From Fonticula alba ATCC 38817 (taxonomy: Eukaryota; Protista; Nucleariida), in NCBI GenBank assembly GCA_000388065.2, contig KB932304.1: 29,656 bases of DNA. One strand, 5' to 3'. Below, one piece after another: positions 20,048 through 29,656 of this stretch. The stretch's first letter is position 1. Each line of letters starts with the position of its first letter. A program made the position numbers and the translations under genes. The notes under the pieces were generated by a model. That model saw nothing but the letters and a program-made list of their open reading frames with translations, was not told the DNA's origin and did no database searches.

Positions 20048-21903
20048 TATAAATTTATAAACATCAGCTTTAGTCTAAGATTGTATATTATACATATATA
20101 TATATAATATTCAAATCTCATTAAACACCAAATAATAATAACATAAAATAAATACAAGAATTTTAATACAAAATATAACGCTAATAAATTCTAAATATAA
20201 AATTAATGTATTTATTAATCCTTAAGGTCAGGGTTGCTAAGGTCTTGTCAGACGGGTTAGTTTCTCTGGGGCTTATGGTACACCTTATTTAGTGTGGTTT
20301 ATTCACCCTATATAAGTTATATTTGATTTTTTTATAGGATATTGGTGTGGTAGGTGCTGGTTCTATAGCTGTGTATTTGATGGCTATCTTCTCCATTTTT
20401 ACTGAGGTTTGTGTGCTCTGTGTTATCTGAGTGTTAGTGTTTTCCGTGCTTTGGATGTTTCTGTGTTTCAGCTTATAATTTTTAGTTTTGGTGTGTTAGA
20501 CTATATGGTAGTGATTAGTTATGTTGTTATTATATATATTCTATATCTTAATATATATTATTTGTTTTATTGTGGTGGTATTTATGGTCTCTAGGGTGTA
20601 AGAGTTTAGCTTCTATTCTAATACTTTTTAGGTGTGTATTTTCTTTAGCTGTTTATTAGTATTTATAGACTTGTAGGTTTTTCTAGTTTGTTTAATATAT
20701 TCTAGTTAAGGCTGTGGTGTTTGTAATATGTACGGTTTAGATGGTGAAGTAACAATCTTTATAGGAGTATGGGGATTATATTTAATTGTTTTATCGTAAT
20801 CTTAGTTGTGTATAAATTACCCTCTAGAGGCTCTATGTTGAGAGAAGGGCTGGTTATGTATTAGTTTTATATTTTAAGTATCTGTTGTATTGATTGTAGT
20901 CTCTAGCCTTTTTAATTTAGATTTGATTATAGGAAATAATTTTTGACTGTGGTTTATACTTGTTTGTATTTACAAAATTTAAGGTTTAATTTTTATTTAA
21001 TCTATTGGGTATATTAGTATTAGATCTAGAGGTATTGTTATGGTGTTTTAGTACATTTTTTATTCAGTTATGTATGTTTTCCTGTTACTTCAGTAATTTT
21101 ATTATAAATTACTGTTATAGTATACTTATACTGTGATCTAATTATAGTAGCTTGTGGTTTGGTACAGTTAGTGTACGGACTAACAGGCTGTCTATACCTA
21201 TTATTTATAATCTGTTGGCAGTGGTAAGATTCTATAGGGCTATTTTTATGTTGAACCTGATGGAGATTTTCCTCTGTTATGTACTGCTTAGTCTACTACA
21301 ATAGCTCTATAGCTAACATAAGAATTTTTGTTATGTTTTATTAAGTACTATTGGCATAGTTTCTATTTGTGTATCAGCAGCTGTTTTATTCGTATAGTTA
21401 AGCTGTATCTGGGCTTAGTAGTGCTCTGTGTTTATTATCCTGTTATGAGATGTATTCTCATGGTTTGTTGTTATAATGTATGTACAATGGGTATATTATA
21501 TATAATATACCTTTCTATATGGTGTTCTAAGAATTTAAATTATGCCTTGTTATAGCGTGTTTCCTTGAAATTATTAAGCTGGAGCTTTTATTTAGGTTAC
21601 TATACTTTCTTTTAATAATGTTTATGATCTTACTTAGAACCATTATTTATTTTATTTGAGTGGTGTATAGTTTCGGTACTTAAGTTTATTTTGGTTTTAT
21701 GTTCATTTCTGTGTTTTATGAGTGTAATAAAGTTAAGTTTTAGTTGAGTGCTAATTCAGGGTGTTTTTTTTTTATTTAGTTAGGTCTTACTATGGGCTGT
21801 TTAGCTGTAATTTGCTTTTGGTGTGTACTATGTTTTGTTGTTTTGGCCTATAGGTCCTTGCAGAATATTAAAGTATTGTTTCATTAGTCTGGTGGTATTT
21901 TAT

Positions 21904-22719
21904 TTAGTTTAGTGTTGGGCTGTATGGCCAGTAGTATACGCTTATAAACATGAATATCCATACTATATCCACGAAGTGGTAGTACCATGCACAAGTGTCG
22001 AATCCTACATGGCTTGAGTTTGTGTTTAATCCGTATACAGTTCTGTATAGGCATGTTATTAAATAGATTGTTCCTATTATTATATGTATCCCATGAAATC
22101 CTGTACACATAAAGAATGTAGATCCATATACAGAGTCAGCTATGCTGAATGTAGAGTCTATGTATTCTAAGAATTGAAGACCTGTGAATGACATTGCTAA
22201 GATGATAGTTATTAATAAAGACACAGTTGTATGAGGTTTATTTGCTGTAATAATAGCGTGATGTCCCCATGTTAATACAACTCCAGATGCTACTAGTACT
22301 ATCGTGTTTAATAATGGAACACTTAAAGGGTTCAATGCTTGAATTCCTTTTGGAGGCCAAACCACACCTAAATCTACTGAAGGAGCTAAGCTTGAATGAA
22401 AAAACGCCCAAAATAAAGCTACGAAAAACATTAGTTCAGATACTATAAATAAAATAAACCCAATTTTTAATCCTCTTTGTACTAAGTATGTATGACACCC
22501 AGATAATGTACTTTCTTTTGAAACATCTACAAACCAACAAAAAAATGTTAACAATACTAATAAAAACCCTATTAATAATGTGCTAGATCCACCATTGAAT
22601 CCATGCATAAACAGAACAGCAGATTTCATGCTCAACATTAATGAAAAAGCCATGAAAATAGGCCATGGACTGTTATCTAAAATATGATAAGTATGATTTT
22701 TATATCTCATAAAAATCAA
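21904..22719 (-). CDS. cox3: Cytochrome c oxidase subunit 3
   Basis: HTYHILDNSPWP, FIVSELMFF, FWAFFHSSLAP, VWPPKGI, PLLNT, TGFHGIH, AWYYHFVDIVW. Confidence 0.99.
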   Translation of the reverse strand: MIFMRYKNHTYHILDNSPWPIFMAFSLMLSMKSAVLFMHGFNGGSSTLLIGFLLVLLTFFCWFVDVSKESTLSGCHTYLVQRGLKIGFILFIVSELMFFVALFWAFFHSSLAPSVDLGVVWPPKGIQALNPLSVPLLNTIVLVASGVVLTWGHHAIITANKPHTTVSLLITIILAMSFTGLQFLEYIDSTFSIADSVYGSTFFMCTGFHGIHIIIGTIYLITCLYRTVYGLNTNSSHVGFDTCAWYYHFVDIVWIFMFISVYYWPYSPTLN

Positions 22720-22756
22720 GTTTAAATTTTAATTATTTTATTAATACAAAATAATC

Positions 22757-22828
22757 CTCTTCAGGATGGATTCGAACCATCAACCGAACGATTAACAGTC
22801 GTTTGCTCCACCATTAAGCTACTGAAGA
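22757..22828 (-). tRNA. trnN: tRNA-Asn(GUU)
   Basis: Cloverleaf; acceptor TCTTCAG/CTGAAGA; loop CTGTTAA; G73. Confidence 0.95.
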
Positions 22829-22830
22829 AT

Positions 22831-22911
22831 TGGGCTAGTGTGGGAATCGAACCCAGACAAAGTCGATAGATCATGAGCCTATTAGGGAGACCACTCCCTC
22901 CGCACCAGCCT
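22831..22911 (-). tRNA. trnM: tRNA-Met(CAU), atypical, probably initiator
   Basis: Anticodon arm ATAGG(CTCATGA)TCTAT; acceptor GGCTGG/CTAGCC; T-loop TTCGATT; irregular D-arm and variable region. Confidence 0.75.
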
Positions 22912-22939
22912 TTAAAAATAATGTATTATGAATATATGT

Positions 22940-23302
22940 TTGGGTTATTCAGTTTTTAGTATTACTTAGCTACACACATTACTGTGCTTACACTTGTAAC
23001 CTATTTTAATAATTTGTAATAGTCTATTACATCTGAGTTAAAAACTAGCTTAAAGATGTATTTCCTGCTTAGATGCTTTCAGCAGTTAATAGTTCGATAC
23101 GTGGCTACCCAACGATGCTTCTGGAGAAACAGTTGGTACACTATTGGTATCTCCTCCCCGGTCCTCTCGTACTAGGGTCGGCTTCTTTAAGTTTTTATAC
23201 ATTAGTAGTAGATAGGGACCGAACTGTCTCACGACGTTCTAAACCCAGCTCACGTACCACTTTAATTGGCGAACAGCCAAACCCTTGGAACCTCCTTCAG
23301 CT

Positions 23303-23337
<35 letters not shown>

Positions 23338-25191
23338 GACTCCGTCGATATGAGCTCTTGGGAGTCATCAGCCTGTTATCCCTAGAGTATCTTTTATCCG
23401 TTGAGCGATAGCCTTTCCACTAAGTACTATCGGATCACTATGGCCGACTTACGTCTCTGGTTGACTTGTTTGTCTTTCAGTTAAGCAGGCTTATGCCATT
23501 ACACTCTACAATAGATTTCCGACCTATTTGAGCCTACCTTCGCACACCTCCGTTACTCTTTAGGAGGTGACCGCCCCAGTCAAACTACCCGCTATAAATT
23601 GTCCCTTATGGTGAGTCTAGACGATCAGTAAGGATGGTATTTCACTGCTGCATTACTTGCAATCCATCTATGCTACTCTAACTGTTCGAATAGACTATTT
23701 ATAGTTATAGTAAAGATTCATAGGGTCTTTCCGTCTTACTACTAATACTCCGCATCTTCACGGAGAATGCAATTTCACTGAGTTATTGTTGGAGACAGCG
23801 GAGAAGTCGTTACACCACTCATGCAGGACGGAACTTACCCGTCAAGGAATTTCGCTACCTTTGGACCGTTATGGTTACAGCCGCCGTTTACTGGGGGATA
23901 TATAGTTAGCTCTCACCAACTAATTTAGCCTTCCAGAACCGGGCAGGTGTCATACCCTATACTTCATCTGATAAGATTTAGCAGAGTATTGTGTTTTTAG
24001 TAAACAGTCGCTCCTCCCTATTATGTGCCACCTCTTTCGAGGCCCTCCTTATCCCTAAGTTACAGAGTCATTTTGCCGAGTTCCTTCAACAATATTATCT
24101 CATAACTTCAGTATACTCTACTTGTCCACCAGTGTCGGTTTATAGTACGGTATTTAAATTTTAAGGATTAACCTTAAAATAGTTTAAAACTAAAATATTA
24201 AAATTTTCCTGAAGAAAACATTATATTATAATATTAGCCATATATAAATATAATACTTTGAATTCTCGTCCTTTAATACATAATTACCCATCATTCTTGT
24301 TAGAACTTAGGGGCCGACTAACTCTACGCTATTAACTATCACGTTAGAAAACCTTAGACATTCAGCAATAATGATTATTGTTACAATATTTACGTTACTC
24401 ATGTCAGCATTCTCTCATCTGATTCCAAAATTATATCTTTCAATATAATTTTCATATAATACAGATTGTTCTGCTACCATTAAACTCACGTTTAATCCAC
24501 AATGTCGGAAAAATACTTAGCCCCTCTACATTTTCGGCGCCAAATTACATCAACCAGTGAGCTGTTACGCTTTCTTTAAAGGATGGCTGCTTCCAAGCCC
24601 ACCTCCTGGATATCTTCGTATATATGACTTCCTTAATAGCACTTAGTATTTATTTTGGGTCCTTAATTTGTGGTCTGGGCTGTTCCCCTCTTGACTATGG
24701 ACCTTAGCACCCATAGTCTGATTGTTATAAAATATTCTTTGGTATTCAGAGTTTACTAAAATATAGTATAACATTAGTTACCCATAAATTTGCAGTGCTT
24801 TACCCCCAAAGATTAACGTATAACACTATACCTAAATATATTTCGCAGAAAACCAGCTATTTCCAAGTTTGATTAGCCTTTCACCCCTAACAACAGATCA
24901 TCCCAATATTTTGCAACATATTTGGGTTCAGTCCTCCTTTTGGATTTCTCCAACCTTCAACTTGTCCATAGTTAGATCACTTGGTTTCGGGTCTAATTTA
25001 TATAACTAACGCAATTTAATACTCGCTTTCACTAGGCCTACATCTAACGATTTAAGCTTGCTATATAAATTAACTTGCTGACCCATTATGCAAAAGGTAC
25101 GTTGAAACTATAAAAAAAGTCACAACTGCTTAATCACTTTTAGTTTCAGGTTCTATTTCACCCCCTTCCATCTACATGGGTACTTTTCATA

Positions 25192-25222
<31 letters not shown>

Positions 25223-25590
25223 TAATATGTATACTTAGGCTTAGAAGGTGGTCCTCCTATATTCAAGCAAAATAACATTCCGCTTTACTCACTCATACCA
25301 AAACAAAAAAAAAAAAAAATTCAAATCTAATACGGGACTCTCACCCTCTATGGAATTTCTAAGATTCAAACAAGTATTAAGCCTGGTCCGCACTCGCTCA
25401 CCACTACTAACGGAGTCTCGGTTGATTTCCTTTACCTGATGCTACTAAGATGTTTCAATTCACATCGTATAATCCCATTATTTAAACAGTTTTTCACATG
25501 GAAACTCTGGTATTCCAGATAAACCTACACCAGAAATATCGTATCAACGTCCAAACATATTAGCCTATACATCCACTAAAAGCTTCAAAA
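22940..25590 (-). rRNA. rnl: Large-subunit rRNA (ends approximate)
   Basis: Reverse complements of universal LSU motifs: gcttagatgctttcagc, ggcgaacagccaaacccttgg, gatgagccgacatcgaggtgccaaac, ccgccccagtcaaactaccc, tttcgctacctt, ttatgcaaaaggtacg; no intron-sized insertion. Confidence 0.97.
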
Positions 25591-25684
25591 TACTACCCCA
25601 AACAAAAAATTACATTAAAAACGTGCGAAGATAAGCACCTACGCCCTAAACAAACAAAAACAAAAAAAACAAAAAACCCAAGAC

Positions 25685-25757
25685 TCAGGATGGTCGGGCT
25701 CGAACCGACAACCTTAGGTACCCAAAACCTACGCACAGCCAATTATGCTTCATCCTG
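25685..25757 (-). tRNA. trnP: tRNA-Pro(UGG)
   Basis: Acceptor CAGGATG/CATCCTG; TAGGT(TTTGGGT)ACCTA. Confidence 0.92.
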
Positions 25758-25768
25758 CCCAAAATAAA

Positions 25769-25852
25769 TGGATAGAGTAGGATTCGAACCTACGATACAA
25801 ACTGTATAATAGTTTTCAAGACTATCTCTTTAAACCACTCAGACATCCATCC
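25769..25852 (-). tRNA. trnS: tRNA-Ser(UGA)
   Basis: Long variable arm; loop CTTGAAA; acceptor GGATGGA/TCTATCC. Confidence 0.95.
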
Positions 25853-25925
25853 ACCCCACCAGCCCCTAAAACAAAAACAAAAAAATTTTACATTTTAGAA
25901 AAAGATAAGGATACAGACATATCTA

Positions 25926-25949
25926 ACACACACACACACACACACACAC
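25926..25949. repeat. (AC)12 microsatellite
   Basis: Direct reading; lies between trnS and trnF. Confidence 0.95.
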
Positions 25950-26021
25950 TGTCCAGAGGTAGAATCGAACTACCGACACAAGGATTTTCAGTCCTATGCT
26001 CTACCACTGAGCTACCTGAAC
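25950..26021 (-). tRNA. trnF: tRNA-Phe(GAA)
   Basis: Cloverleaf; loop CTGAAAA. Confidence 0.95.
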
Positions 26022-26036
26022 AAAAACAAAAAAAAA

Positions 26037-26108
26037 AGGAGTATCTAGGAATCGAACCTAGATCAAACGAATATGAGTCGATTGTACTAACCATTGTACT
26101 AATACTCC
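26037..26108 (-). tRNA. trnM: tRNA-Met(CAU), probably elongator
   Basis: Acceptor GGAGTAT/ATACTCC; loop CTCATAT. Confidence 0.85.
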
Positions 26109-26127
26109 AACAAAAAATATATAAAAA

Positions 26128-26201
26128 CGAGAATGATGGGACTCGAACCCACGACCTTTAACGTGACAAGCTAATACTCTACCAGACTAAGTTACATCCT
26201 C
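26128..26201 (-). tRNA. trnD: tRNA-Asp(GUC)
   Basis: Acceptor GAGGATG/CATTCTC; loop TTGTCAC; G73. Confidence 0.95.
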
Positions 26202-26220
26202 TTATTAATTAATATTATAC

Positions 26221-26292
26221 TGCGGATAATGGGACTCGAACCCATAGCATTTGCTTGGAAGGCAAAGGATTTAGCCATTAATCGATACCCGC
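26221..26292 (-). tRNA. trnG: tRNA-Gly(UCC)
   Basis: Acceptor GCGGGTA/TATCCGC; loop CTTCCAA. Confidence 0.95.
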
Positions 26293-26293
26293 C

Positions 26294-26367
26294 ATGCTTG
26301 TAGCTTAACTGGATAGAGCGTTAGAATACGAATCTAAAGGTTAGAAGTTCGAATCTTCTCAGGCATA
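26294..26367 (+). tRNA. trnR: tRNA-Arg(ACG)
   Basis: Acceptor ATGCTTG/CAGGCAT; loop ATACGAA; D-loop ACTGGATA. Confidence 0.93.
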
Positions 26368-26368
26368 A

Positions 26369-26442
26369 CACACTCTACAGGACTCGAACCTGTGACCTAT
26401 AACTTAGAAGGCTATTGCTCTATCCAGTTGAGCTAAGAGTGT
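26369..26442 (-). tRNA. trnR: tRNA-Arg(UCU), canonical copy
   Basis: Acceptor ACACTCT/AGAGTGT; loop CTTCTAA. Confidence 0.95.
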
Positions 26443-26454
26443 TTTATTAAAATA

Positions 26455-26527
26455 GGACTTATAACTCAGTGGTTAGAGTATACACCTGATAAGTGTAAAG
26501 TCGGTAGTTCGATTCTACCTAAGTCCA
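26455..26527 (+). tRNA. trnI: tRNA-Ile(GAU)
   Basis: Acceptor GGACTTA/TAAGTCC; loop CTGATAA. Confidence 0.95.
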
Positions 26528-26533
26528 TAGCTA

Positions 26534-26604
26534 AAGACTATAGTTTAATGGTAAAATAGAGGCCTCCAAAGCCTTCGTTCTGGGTTCGAATCCGAGTAGT
26601 CTTG
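26534..26604 (+). tRNA. trnW: tRNA-Trp(CCA)
   Basis: Acceptor AAGACTA/TAGTCTT; loop CTCCAAA; consistent with TGG-only Trp usage. Confidence 0.93.
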
Positions 26605-26605
26605 T

Positions 26606-26938
26606 TTATGTAAAATTTGAATATATCCCAATTAAATACACTACAAAAAACAATATATGCCTACCACCCTCAAAACCAAATTCAAACTTAAATGTAAATG
26701 GAGGACAAAACAAAAAATTTGAATATAGAAAACCATAATTCGGAGCGACAAACCATGATGGATAAAACTCGGGCCTCCACCAATCATCATGATCAATACA
26801 ACCCACTATAGGAGCACCCAACTCATTTTCCATTAAACGGGAATTACTAATGTATCCCAATGAATCCACAAGAGAACCTACATCATCATTGTATAATAAA
26901 AGACACACCACTGATACCAGAAAAAACCCAGACACCAC
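26606..26938 (-). CDS. Possible orphan ORF or remnant (110 aa, GTG start) directly after atp9
   Basis: Open frame with a W/P/G-containing composition unusual for spacer DNA; no convincing start and no recognised homology. Confidence 0.3.
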   Translation of the reverse strand: MVSGFFLVSVVCLLLYNDDVGSLVDSLGYISNSRLMENELGAPIVGCIDHDDWWRPEFYPSWFVAPNYGFLYSNFLFCPPFTFKFEFGFEGGRHILFFVVYLIGIYSNFT

Positions 26939-26978
26939 TAAGTATTTTATTAGTACCCTCCCAAGTAAGCCTCTGTTC

Positions 26979-27206
<228 letters not shown>

Positions 27207-27340
27207 CTATACTAAGAACAAAGAAGACAGCCAGTTAACACTACAAACAACACAAATAAGAACACATATTAAAAAAAAAACAAAATAAAACCCACAAAAA
27301 ACACATGAGCATAAGACCCCATTAGAAATTAACCTAAGGA

Positions 27341-27413
27341 TGCACAATACAGGACTCGAACCCGTGACCCGTTCGGTGTAAACGAAATGCTCTACCAACT
27401 GAGCTAATCATGC
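27341..27413 (-). tRNA. trnV: tRNA-Val(UAC)
   Basis: Acceptor GCATGAT/ATTGTGC; loop TTTACAC. Confidence 0.95.
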
Positions 27414-28378
27414 AACTAATAAAAAAAAAACAAGAAAATGTCCAAAAATAAAACGTTATTCAATAAAAAAACACCAACAAACAAACCAAAAAACTCTTAG
27501 AACATACACGCACAAAACAAAATAATCACAACCATTACACTGGAAGAACCAAATCTAAACGTTAAATTATAATATCAAGAACATACAAAACAAGCACAAA
27601 ACAACTACATAAAAACTGTTATATATCCATATAAATTATATACATAAGATAAATTATACGAACCTAACCCATAAGCACATGCTTAACCATAAACCACTCA
27701 GGCAATAGAATACTTCCACAATACACAACATTAAGAGTATTCAGTGTAATATAATACCCACTCGTACAGTAAACACTACCAGAGTATAGGAGAGTATCTA
27801 AACAAGATGTCAGAGAGAAAGAAAAAAACAATTACTTGAGACAACAAAATAAAACCACAAGAAAACAGATGGAGTACCCACAAGTAACTTCGGCACAGAA
27901 GCGGACAACGTTTAACCACCAATGAGCAGAGGTGAATATTGGAAAACATATGTAAATTCTATAACAATTTACCAATAAGCTGTTTAGATACAGCAACCTA
28001 CTAGAATTGGGCAAAGCGTTATAAACATCACTCAGACCAGTAAAATAGGGGAAGTAACACAATACCCAGATACCCAATGGAAAGGAAAATAGAGAACGAT
28101 GGGAATCAATGAAGTAAACCCGGCAAACAGAACACCTCTCACAAATGGGTGAGGAACATCAACAAAATAATAAAAAATTATTAAATGTTTTTCTTGTTTT
28201 TGCATTTGTTTTTGTTCTTTGTCCGGAAAATTTTTGTTCTAATTGAGTAAGGTTTGTTTAGTGTGCTTTGTTATTATATAGTTATTCTTTAGAGATTTAA
28301 CTAGTATTAGAAGTATATCTGAAATCAGATAGTTATTATTTTAACTCCTATGGTTTTAATTTATCTCTATCACTCTTG

Positions 28379-28642
28379 TTATTTTATTTTATTTAAGGCT
28401 ATTTTAATTTCACCTAAATTCATTAAATCTATAGAAGAATATTCCTGAATTGCTGAAAACAACAATTCAGGGCTATTCTTGTCAATTTGTTGACATAACC
28501 TAGCCTGTTGTTTTAAAAGGTACCTAGTTTTGCTCGTATCTTCCTTTAAATACTGCTTCTCAATTATTAATAAGTCTTTGCTAAAAACGGTTGTTTGTCC
28601 ATATGGTTTAAATTTATAATCTAATATGGGCCCTTTAGACTC
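28379..28642 (-). pseudogene. Start-less 87-codon frame: C-terminal remnant of a family B gene (psi-B5)
   Basis: QTTVFSKDLLIIEKQYL aligns with orf202 QHIVLSKELVKIDNKEL, and NLGEIKIALNKI with SLIELKVFLDKI; in-frame stops upstream. Confidence 0.7.
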
Positions 28643-28688
28643 TTAGATCTTTTACTAGAGAGAGGTTATATCACAAGAAAGTCAATTA

Positions 28689-29222
28689 TTAGTCAATATC
28701 AGAGCAATCTTTATTCTCTAAACCCTCCAAATCAAAGCATGATTGGATAGGCTTACTAAAATGACCTTCATACTCTAAAAGCATATTTTTTGCTATCAAT
28801 AGTCTTGGCTTATCTAAAAGTGTCTTGTTTCTAAAATAAGTTATTAAGACTATGTCTTGCCCATAGATATCCTCATAAAAGCGCCCATTTTTTTCCCATA
28901 TCTCAAAATGACTGCTTTTTATATAAAGGGGTTTTGTTGGAGTTACTCCATATTGTGGTAAATTTTTAAGGGCTAAATCTAGTTGATAGGACAAACTATC
29001 AACCCTTAAGTGCTTTATAGAGTTAGAGTGAGTCATTTGTTGTATAACATGATACTTATTTAAATATTTATCTTGATAGCAGATGAGAGGGTGTTGGACA
29101 TTAACATTCGATTCGCTAGCTCTTTCTGCGTAAAGGGCTCTAAACTTAGGCTTTATCAATCCGAATTTTAAACCTGTATTTTGTTTAGTTGTACTTAGGA
29201 CAATCCTGGTAATATTTTTCAT
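28689..29222 (-). CDS. Orphan soluble protein, probable family B copy B3 (177 aa from the ATG overlapping the A4 stop)
   Basis: ATGA stop/start overlap with A4; VLSTT shared with orf202; HPLICYQDKYLNKYHVIQQMTHS aligns gap-free with HILAVLETKEEEKSLIIANYTST. Confidence 0.7.
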   Translation of the reverse strand: MKNITRIVLSTTKQNTGLKFGLIKPKFRALYAERASESNVNVQHPLICYQDKYLNKYHVIQQMTHSNSIKHLRVDSLSYQLDLALKNLPQYGVTPTKPLYIKSSHFEIWEKNGRFYEDIYGQDIVLITYFRNKTLLDKPRLLIAKNMLLEYEGHFSKPIQSCFDLEGLENKDCSDID

Positions 29223-29656
29223 ATGACTTGTAGTAACCAATAACACAAAAAAAGTCTACATAGCACTATGTACTTAGTAGTTAACCCTCTTGATACTTCG
29301 AGGTTTTTTTCAAATTCTAAATGACCTCTAGAAACTCTAGCTAGCATCATCCAGTCTTTTAAGACCGTATTCACACAAAGTTGCTCGTTCTCTTGTGAGT
29401 TCGCTCCCTCCTTGATACTAAAAACAGCAGTTGTGGTAACCCTGTCTATAGAAGTCCCTTTCTCCAGATTAAGGTCAAGTAACCCTGTATAATCACTATC
29501 CCTCCAATCTACAAAAATTTCGAAACTCTTTATAAAATTGTTTATTAACCAGCATCCAAAGCTAACGCACACACAAAATTTTAGCAAAAATACCGGCAAA
29601 TAACCCATTACTATCAGTACATAAAGAGTCATAGAAACACCCTTAAAAATAAAAAA
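29219..29656 (-). CDS. Family A copy A4, C-terminal part (frame stays open to the window edge)
   Basis: VSFGCWLINNFIKSFEIFV matches VGFVIWIFKCFLYSFKKFV of orf292; LKDWMMLA vs KQKWLLFA; upstream codons FFIFKGVS are open. Confidence 0.75.
   Translation of the reverse strand, partial: FFIFKGVSMTLYVLIVMGYLPVFLLKFCVCVSFGCWLINNFIKSFEIFVDWRDSDYTGLLDLNLEKGTSIDRVTTTAVFSIKEGANSQENEQLCVNTVLKDWMMLARVSRGHLEFEKNLEVSRGLTTKYIVLCRLFLCYWLLQVI

Noticed and set aside
23073-25439. Plus-strand ORFs of 112 aa and 63 aa
   Set aside because: Antisense to rnl; a common artefact of conserved rRNA sequence.
27832-28170. Hydrophobic frames (orf81 and an overlapping upstream frame) as tatC, secY or atp6 remnant
   Set aside because: No diagnostic motifs and no ATG start; composition is explained by skew.

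Overview
AT-rich mitochondrial DNA from an unidentified protist-type eukaryote. It uses an apparently standard code (Trp = TGG, trnW(CCA)) and has no evident introns. Core genes are rps4 (expanded to 938 aa), ccmF, ccmC, rps12, cob, cox2, cox1, cox3, atp9, rnl and 19 canonical tRNAs, mostly on the minus strand and often coupled by short stop/start overlaps. No nad, atp1/6/8 or rns gene lies in the window. Three things are not explained by the core genes. (1) A repeated orphan two-gene cassette: gene A, a multi-TM membrane protein, is immediately followed by gene B, a soluble protein. It occurs four times, plus an extra B remnant, in states from intact to frameshifted and decayed. (2) Five tRNA-shaped elements keep the acceptor stem and T-arm but have lost a usable anticodon. 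They sit 3' of genes or cassettes, usually behind hairpins, and one contains the ccmF stop codon. (3) A sawtooth G+T / A+C strand skew has sharp switch points at or near several of these elements and a shared 21-bp motif, and its gradual reversals fall inside genes (cox1, cox3). All alignments and skew boundaries were done by eye and need computational confirmation.
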